NCBI GenBank assembly: GCA_965198875.1
Contig: CBDAPU010000001.1
Location: forward strand, 131,146 to 195,145
From: Gammaproteobacteria bacterium
GTDB taxonomy: Bacteria > Pseudomonadota > Gammaproteobacteria > Eutrophobiales > Eutrophobiaceae
Direction of reading: 5' to 3'
Length of the DNA: 64,000 nt
The notes beneath the pieces were generated by a model, which ran no database searches, was not told the DNA's origin, and was given only the letters and a program-made list of their open reading frames with translations. Of this stretch, positions 51,158-61,937 are shown one piece after another; within the stretch, counting starts at the first letter, position 1, and each line of letters begins with the position of its first letter. Both the position numbers and the translations under genes were made by a program.

Positions 51158-51730
51158 ATGATCCCACTTATCCTGCGACTTGATATTTCGGGGGCCCCCA
51201 TTACCTGGGCGCCCTGGCAGGATGCGGTGAGTCTTTATTGCCGTGACATGATAGGCTGGACGGCGGGCGATGAGAGCTTTACTTTTAAGGGCGGGATAAA
51301 CAAAAAAAGCGGCGCTCGCTCTATCGTTACCATCAATTCCATCATCGCCATCAAGCGCTCAGGCAATCATAAATCTATCTATCGCACCATCCCGCCACTC
51401 ACCAATCGGGAATTATTTCTGCGCGACGCCTACATGTGCCTGTATTGTGGTTCCTCCCCGGGTGAAGATGCGCTCACCCGTGATCACGTACTGCCCATGT
51501 CCCGTGGCGGGCGTGATCGCTGGTCTAATGTGATCACCGCCTGTCGCCAGTGTAATACCCGCAAAGGCGACAGAACCCCGGAAGAGGCGCATATGCCGAT
51601 ACTGGCGGTGCCCTATGTGCCCAACTGGGCCGAATACCTTGCCCTGTCAAACAGGAAAATACTCGCCGATCAGATGGCATTTTTGAAATCCCAGTTTTCA
51701 GGTCGCCCGATGTTGTTCCACAAGCAATAA
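51158..51730 (+). CDS. HNH endonuclease domain protein
   Basis: 190 aa. HNH core CLYCGS…DHVLPMSRGG…WSNVITACRQCNTRKGDRTP. Confidence 0.65.
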   Translation: MIPLILRLDISGAPITWAPWQDAVSLYCRDMIGWTAGDESFTFKGGINKKSGARSIVTINSIIAIKRSGNHKSIYRTIPPLTNRELFLRDAYMCLYCGSSPGEDALTRDHVLPMSRGGRDRWSNVITACRQCNTRKGDRTPEEAHMPILAVPYVPNWAEYLALSNRKILADQMAFLKSQFSGRPMLFHKQ

Positions 51731-51850
51731 GGCATTTTGAAGATGTAAACCCGATCACCCATCTTAAACATGCGCCATCTTAAAACCCGGTTGATAACTT
51801 TAACCGTATCCATTTGTCACAATATAAACATAACTTAACAATGAGGGATA

Positions 51851-52225
51851 ATGATGAAAACAGCGCTGGCCATCCTGATCAACCTGCCATTTTTTTTCGG
51901 CTCTTTGCATGCGGCGGACAACATGGGCAACTATGCCATATGGGGGAAAGGAAACAAGTCCTGCTTTAGCTACTTAAAGGAGAAAAATACCGCTGCTCAC
52001 ACAGCATATCAAGATTATCTAAAAGGGTATTTAACCGCCTATAACACCATCACGCCGGAGACGTATAGCATTTCGGGGAAAATGGATATCAATGAGATCA
52101 GCGAATGGATGGATGATTATTGCGATAAAAATCAAGTGCACGGATTTGAGCAGGCGCTGGTTGAGTTTATTACCCAACATCACAAAAGCCGTCTTAAAAC
52201 CCGGCCTAATCGGGGCGGTCGTTGA
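51851..52225 (+). CDS. hypothetical secreted protein
   Basis: 124 aa. N-terminal signal peptide (MMKTALAILINLPFFFGSLHA), no recognisable domain. Confidence 0.4.
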   Translation: MMKTALAILINLPFFFGSLHAADNMGNYAIWGKGNKSCFSYLKEKNTAAHTAYQDYLKGYLTAYNTITPETYSISGKMDINEISEWMDDYCDKNQVHGFEQALVEFITQHHKSRLKTRPNRGGR

Positions 52226-52712
52226 TACAAGGCAGCCTGCATTTTCAAGGGCGATGAGCGCCTGCCGGCCTGTGGTGCTCGCAAGTTCAGGCAAGAGGCG
52301 CTACGGGCGCTTGGCGCTGTTAATGGCATAGACCTTGAGAGGCTGGCGAGTTCAGGCAAGGAGGCGCTACCTGGCCGGGGATCAAGCCAGAGACCTGCCT
52401 TGAACTTAACTGGCCGCTTCCTTATCGATAACCCCCGGTGACGCACCGCCGAAGTCCCACTGGCCTGCATGGGAGTGGGCGCCATCCAGCCGTGCCCGGG
52501 GAGATAGATGATCGTAGAACCGGTTGAGCGAGAAATGGGCGGGGCAAAATAACCGTAGCGGGCTTAAAAATGAACACCCCCATGCATTACTACTATCCAC
52601 CATAATAAAAGGGCGCCAGATGGCGGGGGCACACAAGGCATTGATCATATCCCTGAAATACGTCATTATTGGCGGCGAGAAATAACAGTCAGGTAAACCG
52701 GAGAGCCAAAAT

Positions 52713-52994
52713 ATGAAAACAACATCCATCAAAGCCACCATCCTGGTAGCTACATTTGCGTTACTCAGTGGCTGTGCAACAACGGAGCAACTTGCTCAGG
52801 TTAGGGCCATTGCCGAGAGCGCACAATCCGCCGCAAACAGCGCCGCATCAGATGCAAGCAATGCATCATCTGTCGCTGATCAAGCGCTGGACGCCGCCCG
52901 TTCAGCCCAGTCTGCCGCTGATGCCGCTATGGCCTGCTGTAGCGAGAACTCAAGCAGGATAGATCGGGCGTTTGAAAAAGCGATGCAAAAATAA
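52713..52994 (+). CDS. small alanine-rich outer-membrane lipoprotein (Lpp-like alanine-zipper type)
   Basis: 93 aa. Signal peptide with lipobox LLSGC. Repetitive Ala/Ser/Gln-rich helical segment (SAQSAANSAASDASNASSVADQALDAARSAQSAADAA). A hairpin terminator follows. Confidence 0.55.
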   Translation: MKTTSIKATILVATFALLSGCATTEQLAQVRAIAESAQSAANSAASDASNASSVADQALDAARSAQSAADAAMACCSENSSRIDRAFEKAMQK

Positions 52995-53003
52995 GCGCAG
53001 ATA

Positions 53004-53040
53004 AAAAGCCCTGTTCAGCTACAGGATACAGGGCTTTTTT
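53004..53040 (+). terminator. rho-independent terminator after the lipoprotein gene
   Basis: AAAAGCCCTG...CAGGGCTTTT 10-bp inverted repeat followed by TTTTTT. Confidence 0.55.
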
Positions 53041-53194
53041 GTGCCTGGCGGCGTAGCGCCGTTAAAAGCCGCTGGCATGTGCAAGCGGCGAGGTATGGAG
53101 AGAAAAGGCACAGAGGCATAGATGGAAAGCGGCGGATCTTTTTGAGCGGTGTTGGTGCTGGTTAGTTGATGGTTAATTGCTGGTTAATTGCCAG

Positions 53195-54237
53195 TTAGTT
53201 TAAGAGAGAAGCGGTTTCCTTTTTTGCCTCAGGATAACCGGGCTCTGTCTTGGGATCCTCCATGGATACCTCATCGGTAGCAACAGGCTTACCTACTTCC
53301 GCTCCTTCGAGGAAGGTGCCAATCGCCATCGGGATCCCGTCTTTTCTCTCTATGATTGCTCTCGCCAGCTCCCAATCCACTACATAATCAGCATCCCCGG
53401 TCATTTTCACCAGCATACTGACGACACTCGTTAGACTGCTCGCAAACTGCTCCGCATCCTCATCCAGATAAGGGTGTGCTTCCAGATAGATGTTGTTGCC
53501 CCGCCGGCCTACCTTAAAGGGCTGGTTTATAATATGCACCGGGGTGCCTAATTTAACCTGCCTGAACAGGCTCTCAATATCCTCAGGGTACAATCGGATA
53601 CACCCATGACTCACCCGCATACCAATCCCGAAAGGCTTGTTCGTCCCATGGATAAGATACTCGGGCAAACCCAGTCGCATGGCATAGTGACCCAGGGGAT
53701 TATCCGGGCCAGGTTCAACCCGCTCAGGTAACGGGGCGCCCTGCTCTGCATGCTCCTTGCGAATGGACGGGGGGGGATACCAATACGGGTTGGTCTTCTT
53801 TTGAATAATTTTTGTATCCGTGTACGGCGTCGCCCAACCCTGTCGGCCAATGCCAAGGGGATGGGTGATCACTACACCGCTGTTTTTTTGCGGGAAGTAG
53901 TAAAGCCGCATTTCAGGGATGTTCAAAACAATACCCTCACGGGGCGCCGCCGGTATGACGAAGACAGTCGGTAACACAATCGGCCTGTCCCTGGCCGGCA
54001 GCCAGGTATCCACCATCGGGTTAGCCAGTTTTATCTCGTGATAGCCAAGCCCGTTTAGCCTTGCGATATCCAGCAACGTATCATCTTCCCTGGCCTCAGC
54101 GCTGGTTATCGCACCTATCAACCCATCCTTTGGCGAGCCCAGCTTGTATGTGGCGGCAGATAGGGATAACGACAAACCACTGAAGGCCACCGCCAGGGAA
54201 AGGCCAACCAGCTTGATGTTTGAAAAAGCGATGTGCA
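53195..54237 (-). CDS. L,D-transpeptidase (YkuD domain) with LysM-like domain
   Basis: Catalytic motif SHGCIRL and a LysM-like segment (DTLLDIARLNGLGYHEIKLANP). Start taken at the internal ATG 54237 (MHIAFSNIKLVGLSLAVAFSGLSLSLSAA, signal peptide). The ORF extends to 54322. Confidence 0.75.
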
Positions 54238-54321
54238 TGCGATCATAAATAGCCGATAGTCTCGCAAAACAGCATCGCCATCTCTCTACACATCTTGGCG
54301 TATTTGCTGGCACTGCGGGCA

Positions 54322-54840
54322 CTACCCCTCCATCAGTCTTGGGATCAATTCGACCAAATTACAGGGCCGGGTTCTAAAATCAAGCTGTTGCGAGATGATG
54401 TTATCCCATCCGCTGGCACAGGCGCCGGAAGAGCCGGGCAGACAAAAAATATAGGTGCCATTTGTGACGCCGGCCAGCGCCCGGGACTGTAGCGAGGAAG
54501 TCCCTATTTCCTCATAGGATAAAAACCGGAATAACTCGCCAAAGCCTTCAATTACCTTGTCAAACAACACGGACACCGCCTCAGGCGTACCATCACGTCC
54601 GGTTACGCCGGTACCGCCGGTGCTGAGTATGACGTCGACATTCCGATCAGCACACCAGCTTGAAATCACGCTGCGGATCTGGCCAACATCATCGGCGACT
54701 ATGCGCTTATCCCATAGTTTGTGCCCGGCTGATGCAAGCCGCTCGGCCAACACCTTGCCCGATTTATCCGTTTTATGGGTTCTGGAGTCGGAAACAACCA
54801 GTACCGCAATATTCAGTGGTTTGAACTCTCTATCTGACAC
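54322..54840 (-). CDS. moaB: molybdenum cofactor biosynthesis protein B (MogA/MoaB family)
   Basis: 172 aa. MoaB-typical blocks (IAVLVVSDSR; ILSTGGTGVTGRDGTPEA). Confidence 0.8.
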   Translation of the reverse strand: MSDREFKPLNIAVLVVSDSRTHKTDKSGKVLAERLASAGHKLWDKRIVADDVGQIRSVISSWCADRNVDVILSTGGTGVTGRDGTPEAVSVLFDKVIEGFGELFRFLSYEEIGTSSLQSRALAGVTNGTYIFCLPGSSGACASGWDNIISQQLDFRTRPCNLVELIPRLMEG

Positions 54841-55022
54841 TCACTTAACTCCCATCCGTTATTATCCGTAAACGGAACCCTTGATCGCCCCCTCATTCTC
54901 AATGACAGTGAAGTCATTTGCAGATAGAGAGAAGGCTTGGGTGGTCATATGCTGAATAGTCCATGAATACATGATTTAGCTCTTTTATAGGATAATAATC
55001 CACTTATGGTGAAAAAGCACCG

Positions 55023-55424
55023 ATGAATAAAAGACCGGAACACGCTGAAATGCGTCTTGATAAATGGCTCTGGTGTGCACGATTTTATAAAACACGCAGC
55101 CTCGCCAATACGGCCATTAAAACCGGAAAGGTTAAAACTGGCGGTAGAAAAATCAAAGCCGGCAAAATGATCAGCGGTGGGGAGAGGATCGCCATCCGTA
55201 GAAGCCCTTATACCGTTGAGGTTATCATCCAGTCGCTCACACAGGGAAGACAATCGGCGCAAGCGGCCAGAAGCCTCTATAAAGAGACGGAGGCAAGCAG
55301 GACGGCGAGGAAGAGAATAGCGGCGCAGATGCAAATAGACAGACAATTAAAGGGGCATAGCAAAGGCAGGCCGGGCAAACGTGAACGACGGGAGATGATA
55401 CGTTTTACCCGGCAGGGGCGATAA
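55023..55424 (+). CDS. hslR: ribosome-associated heat shock protein Hsp15 (S4 RNA-binding domain)
   Basis: 133 aa. MRLDKWLWCARFYKTRSLA…GKVKTGGRKIKAGKMI is the Hsp15 S4 domain. Basic C-terminal tail. Confidence 0.85.
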   Translation: MNKRPEHAEMRLDKWLWCARFYKTRSLANTAIKTGKVKTGGRKIKAGKMISGGERIAIRRSPYTVEVIIQSLTQGRQSAQAARSLYKETEASRTARKRIAAQMQIDRQLKGHSKGRPGKRERREMIRFTRQGR

Positions 55425-56727
55425 ACCCGGACGGGCTCCTCAGTATTGAGTGAAAATACCAGAGCAGACTGCATGCCCTGGCGATAAAAAAACACATCAA
55501 GGCCAGCCATAAGCCATGATTCCCAAGCCCTTGCAGGAGATACCAGGCAGGCAAATAGACAACCAGCGTTGAGAAAAACATGGCGTTACGTAGCTCCTTG
55601 CCCCTGGTTGCCCCGATAAAAATCCCGTCAAGCAAAAAACACCACACCGAGATAACCGGCGCCATGATGATCCAGGGCAGATAGGTATAGGCGGCGTCTC
55701 TGATCGGGCCTATATCAGTCATGATATTCACCATCCCTTTGCCGATGAGAAAGAACAACAACGAACAGGCGACGGCAATACAGGCCGACCAGATGGTGGC
55801 GGATATAACCGATCTGCGGAACTTGCCCTGATCTCTCTCGCCAATGGCCTTGCCCACCAAAGCCTCAGCCGCATTGGCGAACCCGTCCAGCCCCAATGCG
55901 ATCAGCACCTGGAATTTGAGCAGGATGGCATTGGCCGCCAGGATCAACTCCCCCTGTTTGGCGCCTTCACTGGTGAAAAAAGCGAACGCAAAAATCAGGC
56001 ACAGGGTTCTAAGAAACAGATTTTGATTTAACATCAACATCTTTGCGAGCCCCCTTAAATCAAATATGACGGGCAGGCGCCAGCTACCGGGATGTCGCCT
56101 TAATTCTGTGCGGATAAAACAGAGCGCCAGAGAGCAACCGGCGTACTGCGCCAGCACCGAGGCCAGGGCAACCCCGCGCACATCCAGGTGCAATCCAAAG
56201 ACAAAAATAAAATCGAGCGCAATATTGACCGTGCTGATCAGCAGCGCCACATACAGGGTGGCCTTGGCGTTTTGCATCCCCAACAGCCAACCAATCAACG
56301 CCATATTGATGAGTACCGCAGGCGCACCCCAGATGGCCCAGTAGAAGTAGACCGCCGCATTATCCTTGACCGCCGGCGTGCCGCCGATTAACCCAAGTGA
56401 CAAGGTGAGCAGCGGTGTTTGCAGAAGTAGGATCAGGGCCGCGATGCTCAACCCTAAAAAACAACTGTGCAGTAATGATGAGCGCAGTTTTTCGTGATCT
56501 GCCACACCGCCGAGCTGGGCGATGATCCCCACCGTACCCATGCGTAAAAACCCCATTCCCCAGTAGAGAAAATCGAATATCACGGCAGCGATGGCGACAG
56601 CGCCAATGTAAGCCGGTTTATCCAGATGACCGACCACCGCCATATCGACCAAACCCTGGAGCGCAATGATCAGGTTCGACAAGATCAGCGGGCCGGCCAA
56701 GCGCCATATCGCCAGATGATCAGTCAT
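55405..56727 (-). CDS. MATE family efflux transporter (DinF/NorM-like)
   Basis: 12 TM segments. Start taken at MTDHLAIWRLAGPLILSNL (56727). The ORF extends to 56763. Confidence 0.8.
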   Translation of the reverse strand: MTDHLAIWRLAGPLILSNLIIALQGLVDMAVVGHLDKPAYIGAVAIAAVIFDFLYWGMGFLRMGTVGIIAQLGGVADHEKLRSSLLHSCFLGLSIAALILLLQTPLLTLSLGLIGGTPAVKDNAAVYFYWAIWGAPAVLINMALIGWLLGMQNAKATLYVALLISTVNIALDFIFVFGLHLDVRGVALASVLAQYAGCSLALCFIRTELRRHPGSWRLPVIFDLRGLAKMLMLNQNLFLRTLCLIFAFAFFTSEGAKQGELILAANAILLKFQVLIALGLDGFANAAEALVGKAIGERDQGKFRRSVISATIWSACIAVACSLLFFLIGKGMVNIMTDIGPIRDAAYTYLPWIIMAPVISVWCFLLDGIFIGATRGKELRNAMFFSTLVVYLPAWYLLQGLGNHGLWLALMCFFIARACSLLWYFHSILRSPSGFIAPAG

Positions 56728-56791
56728 GGCTTGACAACAACCGCACAAGGATCTCTCATGCAAGCATCAAGGCACAGAAATAAAAATCCGC

Positions 56792-57394
56792 TCAGCAGTA
56801 GGGCTTATTCCAGGTATCGGCGAAGAAATGCTCGCCAATGGGATGACGTTGTCTTTCGGCAAACTCCCTTTCATGCAATTTAGCCGGGATGGCCGCTTTT
56901 GCCATTTGATAGCCGATAGCAATCATGGCCATGGGCGTGTGCCCCTCTGGAATGGAGAAAACCTGTCTGGCCCTGTCCATATCAAACCCGCCCATTTGGT
57001 GGGCCATGAGCCCGAGGGAGGTGGCCTGCAGGCATAAACTCATGCTGGCGGCGCCCGTATCGTATTTTGCCCAGCGATTGGGGGTTGCATTGTGTTCAAA
57101 ACAATCCGCCGCCACAGACACTATCAACACCGGGGCCTGCCTGGCCCATGCCTGATTACCCTCGGCAAGGCAATGAAACGCATCCTCCCAAACATCTCGG
57201 CTCTCTGCACGATCACAGATGATATACCGCCAGGGTTGAGCGCCAAAACAGGACGGCGCCCAGCGTGCCGCCTCAATACAGCTCAATAGCTTGTCAGGTT
57301 CAACCGCTCTTTCGGGCTCATAGGCCCGGCCGCTCCACCGCCGTGCAATCATGTCATCAATGGGGGCGGTAGTGATCGCCTTCTTTTCAAACAT
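56792..57394 (-). CDS. nitroreductase family protein
   Basis: Start at MFEKKAITTAPIDDMIARRWSGRAYEP (57394). The RxSxR FMN-binding pattern is characteristic. The ORF extends to 57508. Confidence 0.7.
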   Translation of the reverse strand: MFEKKAITTAPIDDMIARRWSGRAYEPERAVEPDKLLSCIEAARWAPSCFGAQPWRYIICDRAESRDVWEDAFHCLAEGNQAWARQAPVLIVSVAADCFEHNATPNRWAKYDTGAASMSLCLQATSLGLMAHQMGGFDMDRARQVFSIPEGHTPMAMIAIGYQMAKAAIPAKLHEREFAERQRHPIGEHFFADTWNKPYC

Positions 57395-57482
57395 AGAATT
57401 TTTCCAGTATGATGTTTGCCCGTTCAACCCCTGATTATATTCACAACCCGGTTCAGTATCCATATTCGCATAACAGGCAACC

Positions 57483-58424
57483 TTGCATTCTATGAATGGG
57501 CAAACCATCTATCACGCCATAGCAAACAACATCTCCCGGGTCATCAAAGGCCAGGAAAAAGCCATTCGCCTGTTACTGGCGGCATTTATCAGTGGCGGTC
57601 ATGTGTTGTTGGAAGACGTACCCGGCACCGGGAAAACCACCCTGGCAAAGGCCCTCGCGAGATCCATCGACGCCGAGTATCATCGCGTGCAATTCACCCC
57701 TGATCTGTTGCCATCGGACATTCTCGGCGTCTCTATCTTTGATCAGCGTGATCAGGACTTTCATTTTCATGCCGGACCGGTGTTTACCAACATCCTGCTC
57801 GCCGATGAGATTAACCGTGCATCACCGAGGACACAATCGGCCCTGCTGGAGGCGATGGCTGAATCTCAGGTGAGCACAGATGGTGTGGACAGAATGCTTG
57901 AAGATATCTTCTTTGTCATCGCCACCCAAAACCCCATTGAATTTCATGGCACCTACCCCTTGCCTGAGGCGCAGATGGACAGGTTCGCCATGCGTTTTCA
58001 CCTCGGTTACGTTGAAGAGGGCACCGAGGTTCAGATCCTCTCCGAGCAGAATAAATCCCATCCATTGGACGCCATTGAACCCTGCGTCACAAAAGCACAA
58101 GCCATCGAGCTGAAAAGGCGGATCTCTGATATCAGGATCAGCGATGAGATCAAACACTACATCGTCAAGCTCACCCGGGCCACACGCAAAGCAGATGGTG
58201 TGGCCAATGGCGCCAGTCCCCGCGCCTCGCTTACCATGATGCGGATCTCCCAGGCGCTGGCATTATGTGATGGTATTGAGTACGTCACGCCGGATCACAT
58301 CCTGGAGATCGCCAATCCGGTGATCGCCCACCGTCTGATGCTGGACTCACAGGCCAGATTCTCAGGCATGACCGCCGAGAGCATTCTCTCCGACATCATA
58401 CAATCAGTGCCGGTGCCCACGTAG
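57483..58424 (+). CDS. MoxR family AAA+ ATPase
   Basis: 313 aa. Walker A GVPGTGKT, Walker B LLADEINRA. First gene of the MoxR-DUF58-transglutaminase triad. Confidence 0.85.
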   Translation: MHSMNGQTIYHAIANNISRVIKGQEKAIRLLLAAFISGGHVLLEDVPGTGKTTLAKALARSIDAEYHRVQFTPDLLPSDILGVSIFDQRDQDFHFHAGPVFTNILLADEINRASPRTQSALLEAMAESQVSTDGVDRMLEDIFFVIATQNPIEFHGTYPLPEAQMDRFAMRFHLGYVEEGTEVQILSEQNKSHPLDAIEPCVTKAQAIELKRRISDIRISDEIKHYIVKLTRATRKADGVANGASPRASLTMMRISQALALCDGIEYVTPDHILEIANPVIAHRLMLDSQARFSGMTAESILSDIIQSVPVPT

Positions 58425-58432
58425 TCCGCGGC

Positions 58433-59791
58433 ATGTTTCGACAAGTATTGTTTTTCAATTTCCGCATCGTCCATACGCTCACGGACTGGGTGCGCTATCG
58501 CTTCACACCGGGGGGGCTGCTGATCCTGAGTTGTCTTGTGGTAGCCGGCGTATTTGGCGTCGACATTAAAAGAACCCTGGCGTTTCAGTTGTTCTCGATC
58601 ACAGTTGCGCTTATTGTGTTTTCAATCCTGGTGAGTTTTTATTTCAGGGATCAATTTCAAATACGCAGGATCTTGCCTGATTTCGGCAGCGTTGGCTCTG
58701 CCCTTCACTACTCGGTTCTCATCAACAACAACAGTGATCATGTCAATCGAGAGCTCATTTTATTCGATGAAATGGAAAATCGTTTCCCCACATTCGAGGA
58801 ATACCGGCATGCCTATGACCCGGCAGATCGCTTGAGAAACTGGTTTGACAGAAAAATGGGCTACCCGCGGCTGATGGCGCTGATGAAGGCGAAACGCGGC
58901 GCTTCAATAGAGCCCATCCTCATTGAAAATATCGCAAAACAGGACAAGGTGGAGTGTGCCGTAAAACTGTTGCCGCTACGCAGAGGATATATCCGCTTTT
59001 CAAGGTTTATTGTCGGCAAACCGGACCCCTTGGGCGTTTTCAGGGCCACGCAAGTGATAGCGGCAAAAGACGCATTGCTTATCCTGCCCAAAACCTATGA
59101 TGTCCCGCCCCTTCGATTACAGGGCAAAAGAGACTATCAGCACAGCGGCATAAACCAGGCCGGCTCTGTGGGCAGCTCCCAGGAATTCCTCTCGTTACGT
59201 GAATATCGCCCGGGGGATCCATTTAGGGCCATCCACTGGCGTAGTTTCGCCAAACTGGGCAAACCCGTCGTGAAAGAATTTCAGGATGAGTTTTTTGCCC
59301 GTCAGGGCCTGTTGCTGGATACATTTCTGCAAGAGAGGCCCAAGGCGGTCTTTGAAGAGGCCGTATCCATTGCCGCCTCCTACGCCACCGATGCGGTTGA
59401 TGAAGGCGCCCTCCTCGATCTGCTGTTCGTCGGTACCGAGCCCCATCGCATAATGACGCAGACGGGGATCAAAAAACCGGAGCATATTCTGGAGATACTG
59501 GCCTGTGTTGAACCGTGCCATGGGCAGTCTTTTTCCACTTTACACAACCTTGTGCAACAGGCCTGTGCCGAGATCAGCGGCCTGATCTGCATTTTTCTGG
59601 CATGGGATGAACAAAGACAGGCCCTGGTGCAATCGGTCCTGTCACTGGATGTGTCAGTACAGGTGTTTGTGATCGCCAGTGAGGCCGATAGCACGCAACT
59701 TGAACCTGCCCCCTCGGGCATGGCCCCTGAGAGGTTCACTGTGCTGCATGTTGAACATATCCAGGCGCAATTAAACCAACTCATACCATGA
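58433..59791 (+). CDS. DUF58 domain protein (VWA-like partner of MoxR)
   Basis: 452 aa, N-terminal TM segments. DUF58 core (SQEFLSLREYRPGDPFRAIHWRSFAKLGKPVVKEF). Confidence 0.75.
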   Translation: MFRQVLFFNFRIVHTLTDWVRYRFTPGGLLILSCLVVAGVFGVDIKRTLAFQLFSITVALIVFSILVSFYFRDQFQIRRILPDFGSVGSALHYSVLINNNSDHVNRELILFDEMENRFPTFEEYRHAYDPADRLRNWFDRKMGYPRLMALMKAKRGASIEPILIENIAKQDKVECAVKLLPLRRGYIRFSRFIVGKPDPLGVFRATQVIAAKDALLILPKTYDVPPLRLQGKRDYQHSGINQAGSVGSSQEFLSLREYRPGDPFRAIHWRSFAKLGKPVVKEFQDEFFARQGLLLDTFLQERPKAVFEEAVSIAASYATDAVDEGALLDLLFVGTEPHRIMTQTGIKKPEHILEILACVEPCHGQSFSTLHNLVQQACAEISGLICIFLAWDEQRQALVQSVLSLDVSVQVFVIASEADSTQLEPAPSGMAPERFTVLHVEHIQAQLNQLIP

Positions 59792-61797
59792 GCGCTATTT
59801 ACTTAACACTGCGCCCGGCTCCGCCCTTGATCATGGGCGCCGGACTACTCCTGTGGGGCTGGCAAAATGATTTTCTGTTCTACTCGCTGTGTATGGCGTT
59901 GGTGCTGGAATGCCAACACCTAACGAGATGGCGATGGGCTATTTCCGATAAAGAGTTTAATCAAATCGCCGATTTAAGCAGTGTGCTCTTTGTGTTTGTG
60001 TCGGTTTATCTGTTTAATGAACATGGCGCCAGGGGTATTTTTAACATCCTCTCGGTGGCGCCGTTTATCCTCTTCCTGTTGATCACAGCCCAGGCCTACA
60101 GCGTGGCCGGAAAAATAAAATTGAGCGCCTTGTTCATGAGTCTTCGAAGGGCTGATGCCGACAAACCGCTCACAACCATCACCGAGATGGATTTCTCATA
60201 CCCCTTCTTCATTACCTCGCTGGTATCGGCCAGCGCCGGCAACCAGGACGGCGGATTATTTTTCCTCCTCTCCTGCCTGTTGTTCGCCTTCATCCTCTGG
60301 TCATTTCGCCCCAGGCGCTACCGCTTTACGATCTGGGTTTCGGCCCTGTTTGTCGCGCTTTTTATGGGCTATATGGGACAGCTCGGCATACTGGAGGCAC
60401 AACGGGCCCTCTCTCGAAGCATGATGCAATTATTCGAGCAATTTGTCTGGCGTTATCGTGATCCCAACCGCACCACCACCGCCATCGGCTCGGTTGGCAG
60501 ATTGAAATTATCAGACAGGATCATCGTTAGAGTTGACTCAGAGAAGCGGCTGCGATTACCGCTTTATCTGCGTGAGGCAACCTATAATAACTACGGGTTT
60601 GGCGTCTGGAACAGTGATCCGTCTTCCTTTGAGACGCTCAAGCAGGAAAGCGGGCGAAATATCTGGGATATTGGGCCCCACGGGGCGGATCAGAGTGTGG
60701 CCATATCCAGCTATCTTGTGCGCGATACCGGGGTGATCCCCATACCCCATGGCACAACCAGAATTAAAGATGTGGCGGCGATAGAGTTAAAGCAAACGGA
60801 ATTAAGCACCCTTAGCATGGAGATCCACGATGGCTGGATACAATATGGCGTGGACTATAAAACCGCGGCAATTTTTGATCCCAAACCGCTGAAGTCGGAT
60901 GCGTATCTACCCAAGTCCGAGCGTGACACATTTCAGGCATTATCAGAGCAGTTGGCGCTGGCGGGCAAAACAGATGAAGAGAAAATTGCAGCCATTAAAC
61001 ACTTCTTCGCCAACGGTTTTTACTACTCGCTGACCCAGGAATACAGATACCCGAAAGGCCGGTACTTGTCCGCATTCGTGTTTGAAAACAAAACAGGACA
61101 CTGCGAGTTCTTCGCCACCGCCACCGCATTATTACTACGCGCCGCCGGCATTCCCAGCCGTTATGCCGTCGGCTATGTGGTGGGGGAATACAGCCCTATG
61201 GAGGGGCAATATATCGCCAGGGCCAGGCATTCCCATGCCTGGGTTTTGGCGTACGTCAACGATAGCTGGCAATTAGTGGACACCACACCATCGATTTGGT
61301 ACGGACTGGAAAAAGAGCAGGCGTCTGTCCTTGAGCCGCTGTGGGACGTCTGGTCATGGCTCACATACCGCTTCTCGCTCTGGCGCTCAAGGGACGCGCT
61401 GGCGGAAGATGATGATACGATTTTACTCTTGCTGTTGCTGCCCCTGATCGCCACCCTCGCCTGGCGACTTTATTTCAAACAACGGATCCCGGTAGACGGG
61501 AGCGATAAAAAAATCCTGGCGATCAAAAAATCAGGACTGGACTCACATTTTTATGCCATCGTGGCGATGCTGGAGGGCGCCGGGTTTTACCGCCATCCGG
61601 GGGAGACGTTATTTCAGTTTATAGCGCGTTATGCTGATCAATACGAAGAGCCGGCAATACTCGACATCTTGCACATGCACTACCGGTATCGATTCGACCC
61701 TGAGGCAGACGGCAGCTCACTTAAAGAGACCATCAGAGAACTCACTGATCAGGTCTTGCTTGAAGATCAGCCGTTAAAAATAGCACATCAAGATTGA
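59788..61797 (+). CDS. transglutaminase-like domain membrane protein (TgpA-type)
   Basis: 669 aa. N-terminal multi-TM region, transglutaminase core with catalytic Cys (GHCEFFATATALLLRAAGIPSRYAVGYV). Overlaps the DUF58 stop by 4 nt. Confidence 0.8.
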   Translation: MSAIYLTLRPAPPLIMGAGLLLWGWQNDFLFYSLCMALVLECQHLTRWRWAISDKEFNQIADLSSVLFVFVSVYLFNEHGARGIFNILSVAPFILFLLITAQAYSVAGKIKLSALFMSLRRADADKPLTTITEMDFSYPFFITSLVSASAGNQDGGLFFLLSCLLFAFILWSFRPRRYRFTIWVSALFVALFMGYMGQLGILEAQRALSRSMMQLFEQFVWRYRDPNRTTTAIGSVGRLKLSDRIIVRVDSEKRLRLPLYLREATYNNYGFGVWNSDPSSFETLKQESGRNIWDIGPHGADQSVAISSYLVRDTGVIPIPHGTTRIKDVAAIELKQTELSTLSMEIHDGWIQYGVDYKTAAIFDPKPLKSDAYLPKSERDTFQALSEQLALAGKTDEEKIAAIKHFFANGFYYSLTQEYRYPKGRYLSAFVFENKTGHCEFFATATALLLRAAGIPSRYAVGYVVGEYSPMEGQYIARARHSHAWVLAYVNDSWQLVDTTPSIWYGLEKEQASVLEPLWDVWSWLTYRFSLWRSRDALAEDDDTILLLLLLPLIATLAWRLYFKQRIPVDGSDKKILAIKKSGLDSHFYAIVAMLEGAGFYRHPGETLFQFIARYADQYEEPAILDILHMHYRYRFDPEADGSSLKETIRELTDQVLLEDQPLKIAHQD

Positions 61798-61937
61798 AAC
61801 GATGGCGGGCTCTACCTGTGCACCGACCGCATTGCCGCCCGCCCCCATCCATTTCTTTAACACGCTGGTTTGCGATGGTGAGTAGCCATAGCGATCATGC
61901 CCTCTCGTTAAATACGTAACTCCCATTGAAACCCCGC

